DNA from: Lepidodermella squamata | Taxonomy: Eukaryota > Animalia > Gastrotricha | DNA: 64,000 bases | Assembly (NCBI GenBank): GCA_047495785.1 | Contig: JBLDXI010000013.1 | Span: 3,100,001-3,164,000, forward strand | Reading direction: 5' to 3' | In this document: piece after piece, positions 11,776 through 25,182 of the stretch | How the letters are laid out: every line of letters starts with the position of its first letter | How positions within the stretch are numbered: the stretch's first letter is position 1 | The notes under the pieces: generated by a model | What the model saw: the letters and a program-made list of their open reading frames with translations, nothing else | The model's database searches: none | Told to the model about the DNA's origin: nothing | Translations under genes and position numbers: made by a program

Positions 11776-12029
11776 ATTCAACGGAGTCTCGAAAATAGTT
11801 TATCATATAGTGTCCAGAATGTTTGTTTCAAAAATTACTAATGCACCGATGGTTTGAAATTCAATGCAAACCTAACCAATTCATTATTTATTCGTAGCGC
11901 ATTGAAAAATCAATTTTCACTCCGTGATGCATTTAGGCAAAAACAAAGATAAAAGTGGATGCCGATGGAAAACCTAATACTTAACAGTTTGTAGGAACGA
12001 TTTCTGTTCCACGGTATAGTTACGGAAAA

Positions 12030-12780
12030 AGTTACTTAATTCTCATCATCAAAGGGCCAAATGGGTGTTGATGCGAGTAAACTTGCTGCGAAGTCCTCGA
12101 TATATTCGAAGTGAACTCAGAATTCAGAATGCAAGTCTTGAAAAGGTAGAACCATAGAGACTCTGGTGGTTGCCGAGAAAATGCCAAAAGCTCTGGGCAC
12201 TTATCGACTAGACCTTTGTGGGCGTCTTCTGCATGGCGATGGGCAAATTTCGCGGACGTACATGTATTTGATATAGTCAGCAATATCGCCGTAACGCTCG
12301 TAACGCTCGTAGCCAGCACGAAGAAGGCGTCAAAGAAGGCATCCCAATGGAGGCGTAGGTGATTGCGTATACATATTATTACTTCTACTTCGAAAGGCAG
12401 GTCGAACAAGGCTTGAAGACAGTGGGCTTGCATTTCAATCCGTTTTATTGTAGAGGAGGGCGCAAGGCAACGAAGGGCAGGGGCTTCATAGGCAACCACG
12501 GACTCCAAAAATGACACAAAGTATTTATGTGAGGCTTGGCCAGAGCGTATGGCCAATGATGATGATAATTCCAACTCAGCTGGGGTGTGAGGTAGATCCC
12601 GAGGTAACGTGCGCGGTTGACCTGAGGCAGAGGCTGGCCATAGAGCTCAAAGCCTATACTGGAGGGGTCGAGCTGCCATATCTCTCTAAGACGAATACAC
12701 TTCACCGTTATTCTTGAAGCGGAGCTGCCATTTGTTACACCACACTAACCATAGGCCGCCAAGGTTGTTTGGCTATGGCT
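12030..12780 (-). mobile_element. Degenerate non-LTR (LINE) retrotransposon fragment, RT C-terminal region
   Basis: Frameshifted pieces WCNKWQLRF and LPQVNRARYLGIYLTPQLSWNYH are typical of the LINE RT end/thumb region. Confidence 0.7.
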
Positions 12781-13468
12781 ATAGACTATAGACCGATTTC
12801 GCTGATGAACCTGAACACCAGGTCGATGGACGACCTGTAAGAGACCTTAAACCGTAAATAAGGCGATAAAGAAATTTTGCTTTGACTTCGAGCCATTTGC
12901 CGAGTGATGGCAAAAGATACACCCGTCCGTTTGAATCTGACATGCGTAAGTCCTTCCCTCTTTGAGTATGGGCATTATAATTGCGATTTTCCAAGCACGC
13001 GCATTCAAGTGAAAAATGAAAAATATATTCGCCCTGCCGATTCTCCTCTTCTAGTCTCCAAATCTCCTTCTTAATTCAAAAAAGTGATCTTGTGTCAGTG
13101 CATATTATTTTAATTACTACATCGCTAACACAATTAATAACACGTCGAATATGAACAAAATTCGCCGGTCAAGGCATGCCGGCGCCCGCGAAACTTTTTA
13201 ATAGCAAAACGGGCAACAAGATGCATGTAAGATGGAATGTAGTTGAGTTCATGCATGCCTTAAGATGCATCTTTCATGGTCATACCAGCAATATAGTGGC
13301 ATATTACTGCTTGGAACTACACGTCTCGAACGCACGAGAAATGCGCATTTTTCACGCAGGAATCCCAAGACTCTATAAAACGCCGTTTATTTTGCTACTG
13401 CTGTAATTGAAGTGTTTTCAACCATAATATACTGTTTTCGTTTCCAGGCGAGATCGCGATAAACTTGA

Positions 13469-15916
13469 ATGCTACTGCAGAGTTTATTGATTTTAGGTAT
13501 CCTTTTGCTACAGTTCATTGATTTCAAATCATTTCAAGAATTTCAGGAGCTCATTGCGCAGGATCCCTGGCATGTGGCCCTGAACAACAGAAGCAGAAAA
13601 GCCTGGTGAGAATTCAAAATCAACTTTTAAACTTAATTGTTAGAATTATTCATTAACAATTTCATTATTTGGTAGCTCAATTGCTTCAACGGAGGAACTA
13701 TGTCAGACACGGGATCATGTATGTGTCCATCGGGTTATCAAGGATCAAAGTGCGAGAAATGTAAACTAATTGCAGTTAAATTTTCAATTGCTTAATATTT
13801 GATAATCAAGTTGCCTGCCCTAGCTGTAAAAATGGAGCTCAGTGCAGCGGCCCAAACCAGTGCCAGTGTGAAAGCGGGTGGACTGGAACCAACTGCGAGA
13901 CGTGTAATGCCGATTTCATGTTCACAATTGCTGATGGCTAACAGCCTATTCATTCAGTTTCTTGCGCCTCCGCTCCGTGTCTTAACGGTGGTACCTGCAC
14001 TGGAGCCAATACCTGCAACTGCCCTTCTGCCTGGACCGGCCCTTCTTGCTCAAAATGTGAGATTTCGCATGACAAAGCAATTTTATAGATCTGAAACTCT
14101 CATTGTCTAAGCTGCCTGTTCGAACAACCCTTGCTTGAATGGCGGAACTTGCACGGGACCCAGCATATGTACCTGTACGACGGCTTTCAAGGGTCCAACC
14201 TGCGGTAATCATTAAGACTCCCAAGTTCAGCTATGATTAAGTTCATTCCTTTCAGCTTCAGGTGAGTTTCGAATGAACTCTAAACTCTAGTTCCAGAATT
14301 TCTGCTCTCACCTTCGATTATAAATTGGCATAATTGTGTTCATTGTTTTATCATTGTTTAGCTACAGCGTCAAAGCCTGACGATCCAAGATGGGTGGCGT
14401 TTAAACAACAGTTCCCGGATTCTGGAATCGACACTGAGTCGAAGGACGATGAAGCTGAAGCAACTCTCCTACAGGAATTGGGCGAAATCGACGAATGGAA
14501 CAAGGACACGGATAATCCTGACGTGAAGTATGGCTTGAATCAATACAGCGCTAAGACCGACGCGTGGAAGCAGAAGAATCTGCTCGGAAGCATCGTCGAT
14601 TATACAAGGAACACAGCGCCTGTCGTTCAACCCGGGGTGCTAGCTAGCGGGAGCAAGCGTAGGCGGAAGCGCGAGGTCGACTACTCGTACACTCAGACTC
14701 GCGTCGACAGCAAAGATATTCTATGCTGGATAGAAAAGGATGATGGCGTGGAGACTAGGCGGACTTGCGTTGAAAATGATGGCAAAGTTGATACAACGAA
14801 ATTGCAGCGTGACCTGTACACCACTCGCCCACTTAATTCTTACCCAACTGTTGATACAAATTATGGAAATGCCCCATCTCTGCCACTTTTGGAGCCTGCA
14901 GACGCTTTTCCAGGTACCTTTAGCGTTAAAACTGCCCTGTAAAGTTGCCAAAGTTGCGAACCTAAATGTCACCTTTGCCCGCATAGTGTCAGCATAACAT
15001 GATGCATTAAGTAGGATAATCAGAATGTATCACGTCTGCCTAAGTAGTATTATGTTATGATACACTGATTGCAACAAAGATGACAACAGGATTGGGTCAA
15101 ACCCTTTGTCAAAATGTGCATAGTCTCAACTCTACTTCTAACATCAAAAAAATTTCCGCCGTGATTAATTCAATTTTTTAGCCCTGAGCAAGCTTTTATG
15201 TGTTTTATTTTATATTTTCAGGAGCCATAGTCGACTGGAGAATGAAAGGTTATTTGGCGCCAGTCAAAAACCAAGAGCAATGCGGCTCTTGCTACGCATT
15301 CGCGTCGAATGCGGTCATTGAGTCCCGCCTGGCCTTGAAAAATAAAGCCAGTCCCATTTCTATGTCCGAACAACAAGTGGTGGACTGCATGAAGATCTCG
15401 ACGGGCGCAGGCGGTTGCAATGGTGGGAGTATGAAGGAAGTCGTGAATTACTTCAGGCAGGCTAAGGCATTCGCGAAGGCAACGGATTACCCGTATACGC
15501 AAAAGGAGGGCGCGTGTGCATTCGATGCCGGTAAAGGCGTCACATTACCAATAACTGGAATCTCATACATCAGAGCAGTCGATACGCTGGCGTATACGGA
15601 CGAAATTTTGAAATCCACCGCAGTGAAGAAAATGACAGACCTCTTGCAGTATGGCCCGATTCAAGTCGGTTTGTATGCTGAGTCGAAATTCATGGCTTAC
15701 AAGGAAGGCGTTTTCGACCCGAAAGACTGCCCGACAAATACTAACCACGCCGTAGTTCTTGTTGGATATGGTTTGGAACCAACAACCGGTGAAGAGTACT
15801 GGATTGGCCGCAACTCTTGGGGCACGTCCTGGGGCTACAAAGGCTATTTCAAGATCCGCAAAGGCCTAAACAGATGCGGCATAGAAAGCATAATAATGTG
15901 GCCATACTTCAAGTGA
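13469..15916 (+). CDS. Secreted papain-family (C1A, cathepsin L-like) protease with four N-terminal EGF-like repeats and I29-like prodomain (~9 exons)
   Basis: Four EGF exons (CFNGG, CKNGA, CLNGG x2); prodomain W..FK..F, GLNQYS; RRRKR site; VDWR, QEQCGSCYAF, NHAVVLVGYG, RNSWG catalytic motifs. Confidence 0.85.
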
Positions 15917-16406
15917 GCAATGGCTATAGAACGTCATGGATATTTTCAGATGCGATAGAACTTGTGGCATACATAGTTACAATTCATAACAGAGCAGCGG
16001 ACGTGCACATCTTAATGATATCGTATTGAAGCATGTTCAACGCTTTTTTCAAATTGTAACCTAATCCTTGTTACATGATATTTCATTGCAATATGTCTGT
16101 TATCCTCAATTTTAGTGACAGTGCTAATTCTTGTTCTGAACTCACTATGGCATAATGAATTTTTTCTTTCTTTTTCGCTGATGAAATTCCGCCGAAATGC
16201 GACATCTTACCACCCAAGTTTCAAAAATCCGCACTTTGTCGGGGATATTTATCGTTTCGTAATGAAAAGATACGGCTGAAGTTTGATAAGGCTGAAAACA
16301 TTCTCATCGCACAAAACGACAAAAACAATAACAAAAATAATTGTTTACTTCTATTTTGTAAATATGTTGAAAATAAAACTTTTCAAGCTGGGACAGATAC
16401 AAATTG

Positions 16407-17608
16407 TCAACTCAACATTGTATAGAATGCTATGTTGATAGCAATTATTAAACCGAGGCAAAACTGCCCATAAATGAGGTCCATTACTCGAATCACAGTC
16501 CAACCAGGCATTGCTTTCGAAGTGCCCGAGTAGTAATCCCGGCGAGCAAAGGTGCATGAAACCAGCGAGTAAATTGTCAATAAAGCTCCGATGACCATGT
16601 TCCCCTGAATGTAGTAGAAAAAGTAAATGGGTTGGGATGTTTGCGGGAAATAGGACAAAATTGACTGTTGGGTGACTTGAAACGCTAGCACGACCGTAAT
16701 CGAATAGCCGCTTCTATCAGGCAATTTCGGAGGCATGATCAAGGCAGCGAATTGAAGAATCGTAAGAAGAATAAGTGGAACGAAAATGCTCAGAATGTAG
16801 TAATCGGGCTTGCGTTTGAACCTGAACCAGATCTGAAGGATGTTGTAGGACGGATTCGGCAACTTGTAGCCTTGGCCGATTACTGTCCAAATATTGGCAT
16901 GTTGTTGAGTTGAAAATGATACTGGTCTTAGGTTCAATAGTGAACATTTCAACAAAACATTCTTGAGTATCGAACGGAAAATCCTTGAAAAAAACGAATG
17001 TAAAACGGATTGAGGATCGGGTAAATGAAAGCTTACTTGGAAATCGAATTCACACATAACATCATAACGACCAGGTGAGAAGATTCTCGCGACGCCACTG
17101 GAAAACAGAGAGGTGTCGTCGCCTGAATACGAATCAATCAATGACGCAGCGTCGCTCGCAGCATTTGTGATGAAGATGTTAGGCCTCCACATTTCCTTCG
17201 AAGAGAAAATGCATTGTGGGACCGACAGAGCCTCACGTGAGAGCTTCTTCACCATATCCTGATTCGGGCGGCTCCATTGACCACAATCTGGAAGTTGCCA
17301 GTAAATCATAACAGCTCCTTGGATCGACATTCTGATAACAAACTTTATTCATTAGCTTTAATTTCGATCTGTTAATTTCACCTTTGCGTCACATCGCTCA
17401 GATCGAGAAGTCGCTTCGCATTGAATTCGACAATCAGTTTTACTGGTTCAGTTTGATTTTCACTAGGCCTCGCTCTTGGGCTTGCGAGATAAGGACATGT
17501 GGCGGTCAGATAACCGCATAATTCCTCATCAGCGTTTAGCTTCAATGCTGATATTGAGGCGTTTAAAAGACAGTTCAGCAAGAGAATAGCCAGATGGCAG
17601 AAATTCAT
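16407..17608 (-). pseudogene. Cys-loop subunit B, close paralog of A with a 47-nt frameshifting deletion (probable pseudogene)
   Basis: Versus A, the segment VGYLGNYFPGLQFVSD is missing at ~16900 (TCAACAACA-T-GCCAATATTTGG); canonical splicing gives a frameshift. Confidence 0.7.
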
Positions 17609-19278
17609 TATTCAAATGCTTTCAAAAATTATTCTGTTATAGTATATTCACTGTCCAAGGCTATAAGTTATGTGGTTCAAAATGCTGATGTTTTATGCCG
17701 ATGCTTCGAACTTCAATCCATCATAAATACCCACAGTATTATTTATTCATTGAGCACTCACCCATTGTACTTTCAAGTTGATGATAAAAAAATAACCAAC
17801 TGCTTTTTTCAGCGACTTTTTTAACCTGCGGACAGTCAGCGTTATTGCTTGGGGGTGAACTCGCTTGTTAAGCCTAATTATGGGATAAATCGCTGGCAAT
17901 GCACCAATGAACTTGTGTCTGCTGAGCCGAGGTTCTCGGTATTGTCGAAACGAACTTGGAGTACATTAATATTGAAAACTGGAACTTTCGTTCTTAAAAA
18001 ACCATCTCAATCACTTCAAGACTTCTTCAAGAAGCATGATCAATGTCAGAATTAACGCCTAAAATTAATAAGAATTAATAAGATCAAGGACTTAGGACTT
18101 AATAGGCAAAAACAATTAGCTAGTTTGATTCGAGATCCGAAGTTCTAAATCAGGTATTAAATAATTTATCCAGGTTAACCGGCAAACCCACTAGCAGTGG
18201 TCCGATGTTTGCCCACTGGACCACGCTCAGTGGCAGACAAAAAAATATTCCTTCTTGAAACCGTCTAGTAAAGGGGTAGGGGTATAGTTAATCGGCGTAC
18301 ACTGTTAAGATGACCTTGTGAAGCCGGCCAGGTTTGGGGATTTTTCGAGTTATAAATTCGCAATTTTACTGCTTTTAAATCGAAAATGTTGCTCGCTTCG
18401 TTCGCAAATTTCCTTTTTCCCTTTATTTTCTATTCTCTTAAGCCAACAGTTCCCATCCTCATTAGAGCCTGGAATCTGTCCTGAAGGTAGTTAGAAGGAG
18501 ACTTACAATTTCTTCCTTTTTAGAAAAAAAACCAGCTTCGAGATGCTCATTTTTTCATTTTCAGGGGCGAATCGCCAAAAAATCGGAAGTTGATGGACAT
18601 AAATTTATTGATGAATTTTAAGAAATTGGAATTTTAAACATTCTTTTGCCGATGAAGCTCATCCTCAATGATGCGCATCAACTTCGCCCTATGCGGCCTT
18701 CGGCTATACTATGTATAAATAAGGCCCTAGGGAAGGCTAGTTTCGAGGTAAAACTATGCGATTTTTCCGAGGAACTAGCCGTACCGTGGGCCTTATTAGA
18801 CATATTACTCAAGGCGAAGCGTTCACCGTTCCCGATTAAACTGCAATTTAAATGAAAAAATATGACATAATAGGTGATTTTCTGGTGTGAAATGCGACTT
18901 TAAAAAATCAACCTTAAAACTGTACGATGAAAACAGCATTTTTGAACGAATTTCATGCTGAAACAAGACAAGTGATCTCGCTTCGCTCGAAGAGTTTCAA
19001 GTGCTTTTTCTCGCTTCGCTCGATGAAATCAGCGTCCCCTCGCTTTGCTCGGGCGAAAACCTTACCCCGTGATGCTCGCTGCGCTCGCGTTTCACGGCGG
19101 GGCAAGGTTTTCGCACCTTCGGTGCTCACTGTAAAAATTAAAAAAATCCCACTTAAATAAGCGGTTTCTTATTATGTTATTATGTTATTATGTGAGCTTC
19201 GCCTAGAGTAATATGTACATGGCCACCCTGAATATCATAGTGCATTGGGTCGAGTGCAATATCACTTGTCTTTGCACT

Positions 19279-21453
19279 CTATAAATCCGCATACGATAAC
19301 AGTGAGTAAAATGCTATATTGATGACGATAATCAAAAAAAGGCAAAATTGTCCATAAATAATGTCCATAACGCGAATCACAGTCCAACCAGGCATCGCCT
19401 TCGAAGTGCTCGAGTAGTAATCCCGCCGAGCCAAAGTACATGATATTAGACAGTAGATTGTCAGTAAAACTCCGATTGCCATATGGGCTTGAATGTAGTA
19501 GAAAAAGAAAATCGGCTGCGACGTTTGCGGGATGTAGGATAAAAAGGATTGCTCAGTGACTTGAAAAGCCAACACGACTGTTATCGAATAGCCGCTTCTA
19601 TCAGGCAATTTCGGAGGCATGATCAGGGCGGCGAATTGAAGAATCGTAAGAAGACTCATCGGTACGAATACGCTTAGAATGTAATAATTGGTCCTTCTTT
19701 TAAATTTGAACCAAATGTGTTCAATGTTGTAGTTCGGACTTGGCAATTCGTATCCATGGCCCATCACCTGCCAGATGTCGGCCTCTGAAACAAATTGCAG
19801 ACCCGGGAAAACTTTGTCAAGATAGCTTATTGCTGTTTTGTCAAAAATCAGGCTGTGCTTAGAATCGACGGAGAACAGTTCAACGTAGCATGTTTGCGAG
19901 TCGAATGGAAATGACTACAACGGAAAAATACAATTAAAAAATACCGTAAAGAGGGGACGTTAAATTCTACAGATCACTTTCATGCTCAAATTTCTTTTCC
20001 TTAACTTGCTCCACTTTTGTTTAACACTTAGGCTGGGTAATTTTGGACACTTCGGCTTTGCAGGTGAACAGCTTTGTAGTGCGATAGGGAAAGAAACACA
20101 GAGTTTGTTGCCTAAAATTTCCTGTTTCTAGATCTTTCGAATGGCGCAAATCACAAAGCAATTGGAGCAATGCTTTATGTTCAAGAGATATTATACGCAA
20201 GGCAAGTCAATCATGTCATCGATTTGGGACCCAAATTGCCCGCTAATTGTCCAATTTTAGACATAAAAGTGTTCGATAGCCAAAAATCAGGTAAAAATCG
20301 TAAAATTACTAAATTTACTGATGAATCGGGGCTTTTACCTTACACAACTTGTTATTGAAAATCATCGACTTTTTATTAGCACTGATTAAATCCATAAAAA
20401 AACATGGTTTTGTCCGAAATTACTCTGCCCTACGGTAAAATTATAATTTTACAGAAAAAGCTAAGTGAATTTTGATTTAATTATTGGGACCCCCTAGTAT
20501 CTTGGGAATGATCGAACATTTTTGACTGAAAATATTCTCTTGCCTAGAAAATACTTGCTGGACATTTGCCTGAAAATTGCGCGGAAATGGGGTAATTTTG
20601 AGCTGCCGCCAGAAAAAAAGCTGAAGCGCCATCATTTCTTCAAGTTTTTCAAAATTTAACCCGCACATTTCAAGAGCCAATCTTGAAGCTCACAAGGTCG
20701 TTGCATATGCTAATTATGAGCATCCGAAATTACCCGCCAAGAAATTGTCCCATCTTAGCTAACTTTTAAAATTGCCAAAAATCAGGTATCACTATAGAAT
20801 AGTTCACAAACTTTTCAGAAAAATTTGGGATACCTAGTTCAGATTTTGGAAGTTATGGAATAGAAACACCTGAAAAATAGTTCACTCACTTGAAAATTGA
20901 ATTCGCACAGAACCTCATAGCGACCAGGTGAGAATGTTTTAGCGAGGCCATTCGGGAAAAGATAGATATCATCTCCCGAGTACGTATCGATCAAAGAAGC
21001 AGGTTCATTCACGGCATTTGTTACAAATACTTTAGGCCTCCACATAACTCCCGGCGAGAATATACACTGTGAAACATTTAATGCATCCCGTGATAACGTT
21101 TTAGCCATGGCCTCAGTCGGTTTATCCCATCGTGCACATTCTGGCAACTGCCAGTAAATTATTATAGCAGCTTGGATGGACATCCTAAAATAGAATCATG
21201 ATTATATTCTCGTAACTGAATTAATTTAATCCCACCGCTGCGTGACATCGCTTAGTTCCAGCAGTCTTTTTACGTTAAATTCAAATATCAGCTTGACTGA
21301 TTCGTTTTGATTCACAACCGGCCGAGCTCTCGAAGTTCCGAGATAAGAACAGTTAGATAGCAAATAGCCACATAGTTCATCGTCAGCACTTGGTTTTTGG
21401 GCATTAACTGACGCATAGATACAAAACGCAAAGGTCAGGCAAACTAAGATCAT
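19279..21453 (-). CDS. Divergent Cys-loop subunit C (3 exons, ~1-kb second intron)
   Basis: ELCGYLLSNCSYL, WRP, CEFNFQ|SFPFDSQTC, PDRSGYSITVVLAF. Confidence 0.9.
20026..20437. mobile_element. Putative MITE (Tc1/pogo-like termini) in intron of subunit C
   Basis: Imperfect TIRs AGGCTGGGTAATTTTGGACA / TGTCCGAAATTACTCTGCCCT. Confidence 0.4.
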
Positions 21454-21571
21454 TATTTGTCAAAATAAAATAAAATCTGACCACGTTTTTTGCAGCTTGA
21501 AATAGCGCCCCTTTCATCTCATATTTTATTAACATTTTAATGGAGAAAAATCGAACTTGGTGTTTCAGGCA

Positions 21572-23208
21572 TCATGCAATCAAGCAGCAATAAAAAATTA
21601 TATTAATTAATATGACTAAACCAACACTGTGTGCCGCGACAATAACGTCGATTATTCGTATAATTGTCATGTTCGCAAATAATTTGCACGTTTCCTTGAA
21701 ATAAGATGCTCTCGCCATGTTCAGCGAGACCAAGGTGTAAATCGTTAGCAATCCTCCGAGGGCCATGTTGCTGTTGATGTAGTAGAACATGTAAACCTGC
21801 TGCGAAGTCCTCGGAATCATTGATGTAAACGACGACTGCGAAACTTGAAAAGCTAGCACTGTTGTTATCGAAAAACCAGCCCGGTCCGGCACTTTAGGAA
21901 TCATGATTATCGCCGAAATTTGCATGGCCATTAGCGCGAAGATAGGCATGAAAACCGTGAACAGGTAGTAACTATACTTTCGTTTAAATGTGAAATTGAA
22001 ATGAGCTAAATTAATAGCGTCCTTGGTGATTAGCTCATAACCGGCGTATTTCATTTCCCAAATCGCAGATTCGCCGACAAAGCTGATTCCAGGGAAAATA
22101 TTATCGAGAAAAACTAGTTCAAGGCTCGAGAAGTTGAATGCTTGGTTCCTTCTGACAGATGAGAAAAGCTCGATGCGACATTGCTGAGTGTCAAACGGAA
22201 ATTTCTGATAAAAATTACAACTGAATCGTGAGCTTCCAGACCTTTCTGAATGGTTCAAAAGCTTCATCACCTGAAAATTCATCAACTGGAATCGCTTTTC
22301 CAATCAGGTGAAGCATGGGCCTTACTCAGTTACAAACTGAGACTATTTCGAGCAAAAAATTTTAATTATCCTTTACTGCCCTCAAAAGTACGAATAGTCC
22401 ATAAAGGCGTACTTATTTAAGTGCGAATTCACCGACCCTTTAATTAATTTATATTTGCTACTTAATTAAGCTGAAATATTGGTAAAATCAGACCATCAAC
22501 CTTAACCTTAACCCTAAAATCTAAACTATTTTAAACAAATTTTCAAAAGTTTTCAATTATATTCAATGTAGGTAATTACCTAACAAAATTAAATTGTTTT
22601 CAAATTTGAAATTAAGAATTTTACCTGAAAATCGAAATCGCAGATAACGTGGTAAAGCCCGGGTGAGTACATGAAAGCTATACCACCGTTATACACAGTG
22701 ATATCCTTCACATTTGTGTCTATCATGAATAGATCGGAATGAGGATTCGCAATGATGATATCCGGATGCCAAATGTCGTTTATTTTGAATTGACACTCCT
22801 CGATTTTTCTGGCAGCTGAGCTGAGGTCGTTTTCGGAATAATTCCGCAGTAGGAACGGGCTCCATCTTGCACAAGGAGGCAAAGGCCAGCTGACCGAGAA
22901 AGAGCATTCAAATGACATCCTGGTAAAAAAATCACATATTTTGATGCGTTTTTTAAATATTAATTACTATATTACTACTTTTGATCGATTTCATTAAGAT
23001 CCAGCAATCGCTTCAGATTTAACCCTATCCGAATCTGAACAGGCTTTGTCGGGTCTTCATGCGGAATAGCTCTGTAGCTTCTCAAATACGGGCAGTTATC
23101 AGTTAAAAAAGAGCATAACTCGTCGTAAGGACTTCGAGTTATCTCAGCTGGTTTATAATAACAATTCACAAATGCCAAAAAATTCAAGAAATTCATGACG
23201 AATTTCAT
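21572..23208 (-). CDS. Divergent Cys-loop subunit D (3 exons)
   Basis: ELCSFLTDNCPYL, WHP, CDFDFQ|KFPFDTQQC, PDRAGFSITTVLAF. Confidence 0.9.
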
Positions 23209-23218
23209 GTTTATTAAT

Positions 23219-25182
23219 TCAATGTTCCAATACTTCTACGGTGGAAATGAAAAAAGCTAAACCCAAGTGAATAAAAACGACTAGGACGGCGGACGAAATG
23301 GCGAAGAAAATATCGAGCAGGCGAATAGCAGATACCCGTAAGCTTTGTATATGAACGAGGCGCTTGTTCATGCGGCGGAATCGCGCCAAGTTGCACGCCA
23401 TGACAACGTAGGCCGTCAGCATGGCCCCAACGGTCATATTAGCGTTGACGTAGTAGAACAAGTAGATGGGCTGCGATGTCTGCGGGATGTTATCAATAAA
23501 GGCCTGTCTAGCTACAAAGTAGGTCAGCAGGGTCATAATGTAGAACATGACACGATCAGGCAATCGAGGTGGCATAAGTAGGCCAACAATCATCAGTGCC
23601 ATTAATAAAACGATCGGAACAAAAATTGCCAAGACAAAATTTTCGGATTTTCGTTTGAAGGTAAAATTGAAGTGGACGAGGTTTTCGCTTGGATTTGGCG
23701 TGTCGCATTTGTAATCGATCAGGTCCCAAATGCCGGAATCTGCGACGAATTTAATCTCGGTGAAGATCAAATCGACAAAGACGATGTTGAAATTGGTGAA
23801 GTTGACCAGCTGTTTGTTGGCAAGTGAGTAAAGCTCTATGCAGCAGGTTTGTGTATCGAAAGGATAGGCCTGTCAAATTTTTGAAAAACAGAGAAGCTTG
23901 TTACCAAGTGTATGAAGCAAGATTCGGCATGACTTCTTATAATTTTTCCAATTTCAATTCCACCATGAAACGTTTTCGTAAGGCCTTACCATCAGAATCT
24001 CACTTCAAAACCGATCGCTACATCTAACAAGTTTTCCTATTAAAAAAAATCATGGCCAAGTAGGGACTTCGTCATTAATTTTTTTAATATTCAAACTTAA
24101 CATTTTGGTCATTTTTTATGAAGAGAAATATCAAGAGAAATTCTGTGAAAATGGAAAAATGCTACGACCTAAACTGAATCTGCAGTCAATTTAATGTTAG
24201 GTATTGCATAAACTTGTTGTCATTTTAATTCATGTTCGCCGAAGTAAATGTCAGAAAACTTTAGCTGTATCAAAATGTCCCAGATATAATTCGACTGCGT
24301 GCCAAATAAAATTCGAGACATGAAGATTCAAATGACCAATTTATGTTGCACTATTTTTAGAAAATTCTAATTTCAAACTGGTCACTTTGAACTCATTTTG
24401 TCGCCCATCTTCTAGCTTTTATCGGCCTCTAAAGTTAGGCTTCACCTTCATCGAGCTAAAATATTGCCTTGTCTGAACTTCGCAACTTACTCTCAAGTTG
24501 AACTCGCAAGTCACGTCGAATCTGCCAGGCGCGTGAAGCCTGGCTTGTCCGTTTTGGAAAACAGTGATCGAATCACCGCTATAAGTTTCCACCATCATCG
24601 CTACGTCGTTAACAGCGTTGGTAACATGAAGTACCGGATGCCATATTTGAGCTTTTGTAAACACGCATTGAGTCACCTTCCTTGCCTCGTAAGAAAGAGC
24701 CGATTCATGGATATGAGCGAGAGATGACAAGCTCCAAACCGAACAATAAGGCATTTGCCAATAAACTACAATCGCTCCTTGAATAGAGAACCTATAAATT
24801 CGAAAATTATTCAAAAAATTACTGTAAAATCTTTTTTGAAAACTTACATTTGCTCCATATCGCTGAGGTCCAGTAGTCGTTTGACATGCATTTCAATGGT
24901 TAATCCAACGGGTTCTGACTGGTTGTAGACCGGCCTGCCTCTTTGAGATGACAAAAATGGGCACTTTTTAGACAGCCATTCGCATAGCTCGTCCTCGGCG
25001 CATTTCGTCCGCCTCGACGGCTTGTACAGCTCCAACTTGGTACCGCCATCGACTATGATTACCTCTTCACTATTGGCGCCATCTACCCTTCCATAAGTCT
25101 CGCCAACACACTCAGCAGCGAGTATAGCAAGTAGGTAACAACTGAGTAGCCGGTAAGGACGATAACAACGCGAAGTAAGCAT
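23219..25182 (-). CDS. Divergent Cys-loop subunit E (3 exons)
   Basis: ELCEWLSKKCPFL, WHP, CEFNLR|AYPFDTQTC, PDRVMFYIMTLL. Confidence 0.88.

Noticed and set aside
18380-19130. Repeated CTCGCTTCGCTCG motifs resembling a spaced repeat array
   Set aside because: Irregular spacing and short degenerate units in a eukaryotic context; probably a transposon remnant, not CRISPR, and boundaries could not be defined.
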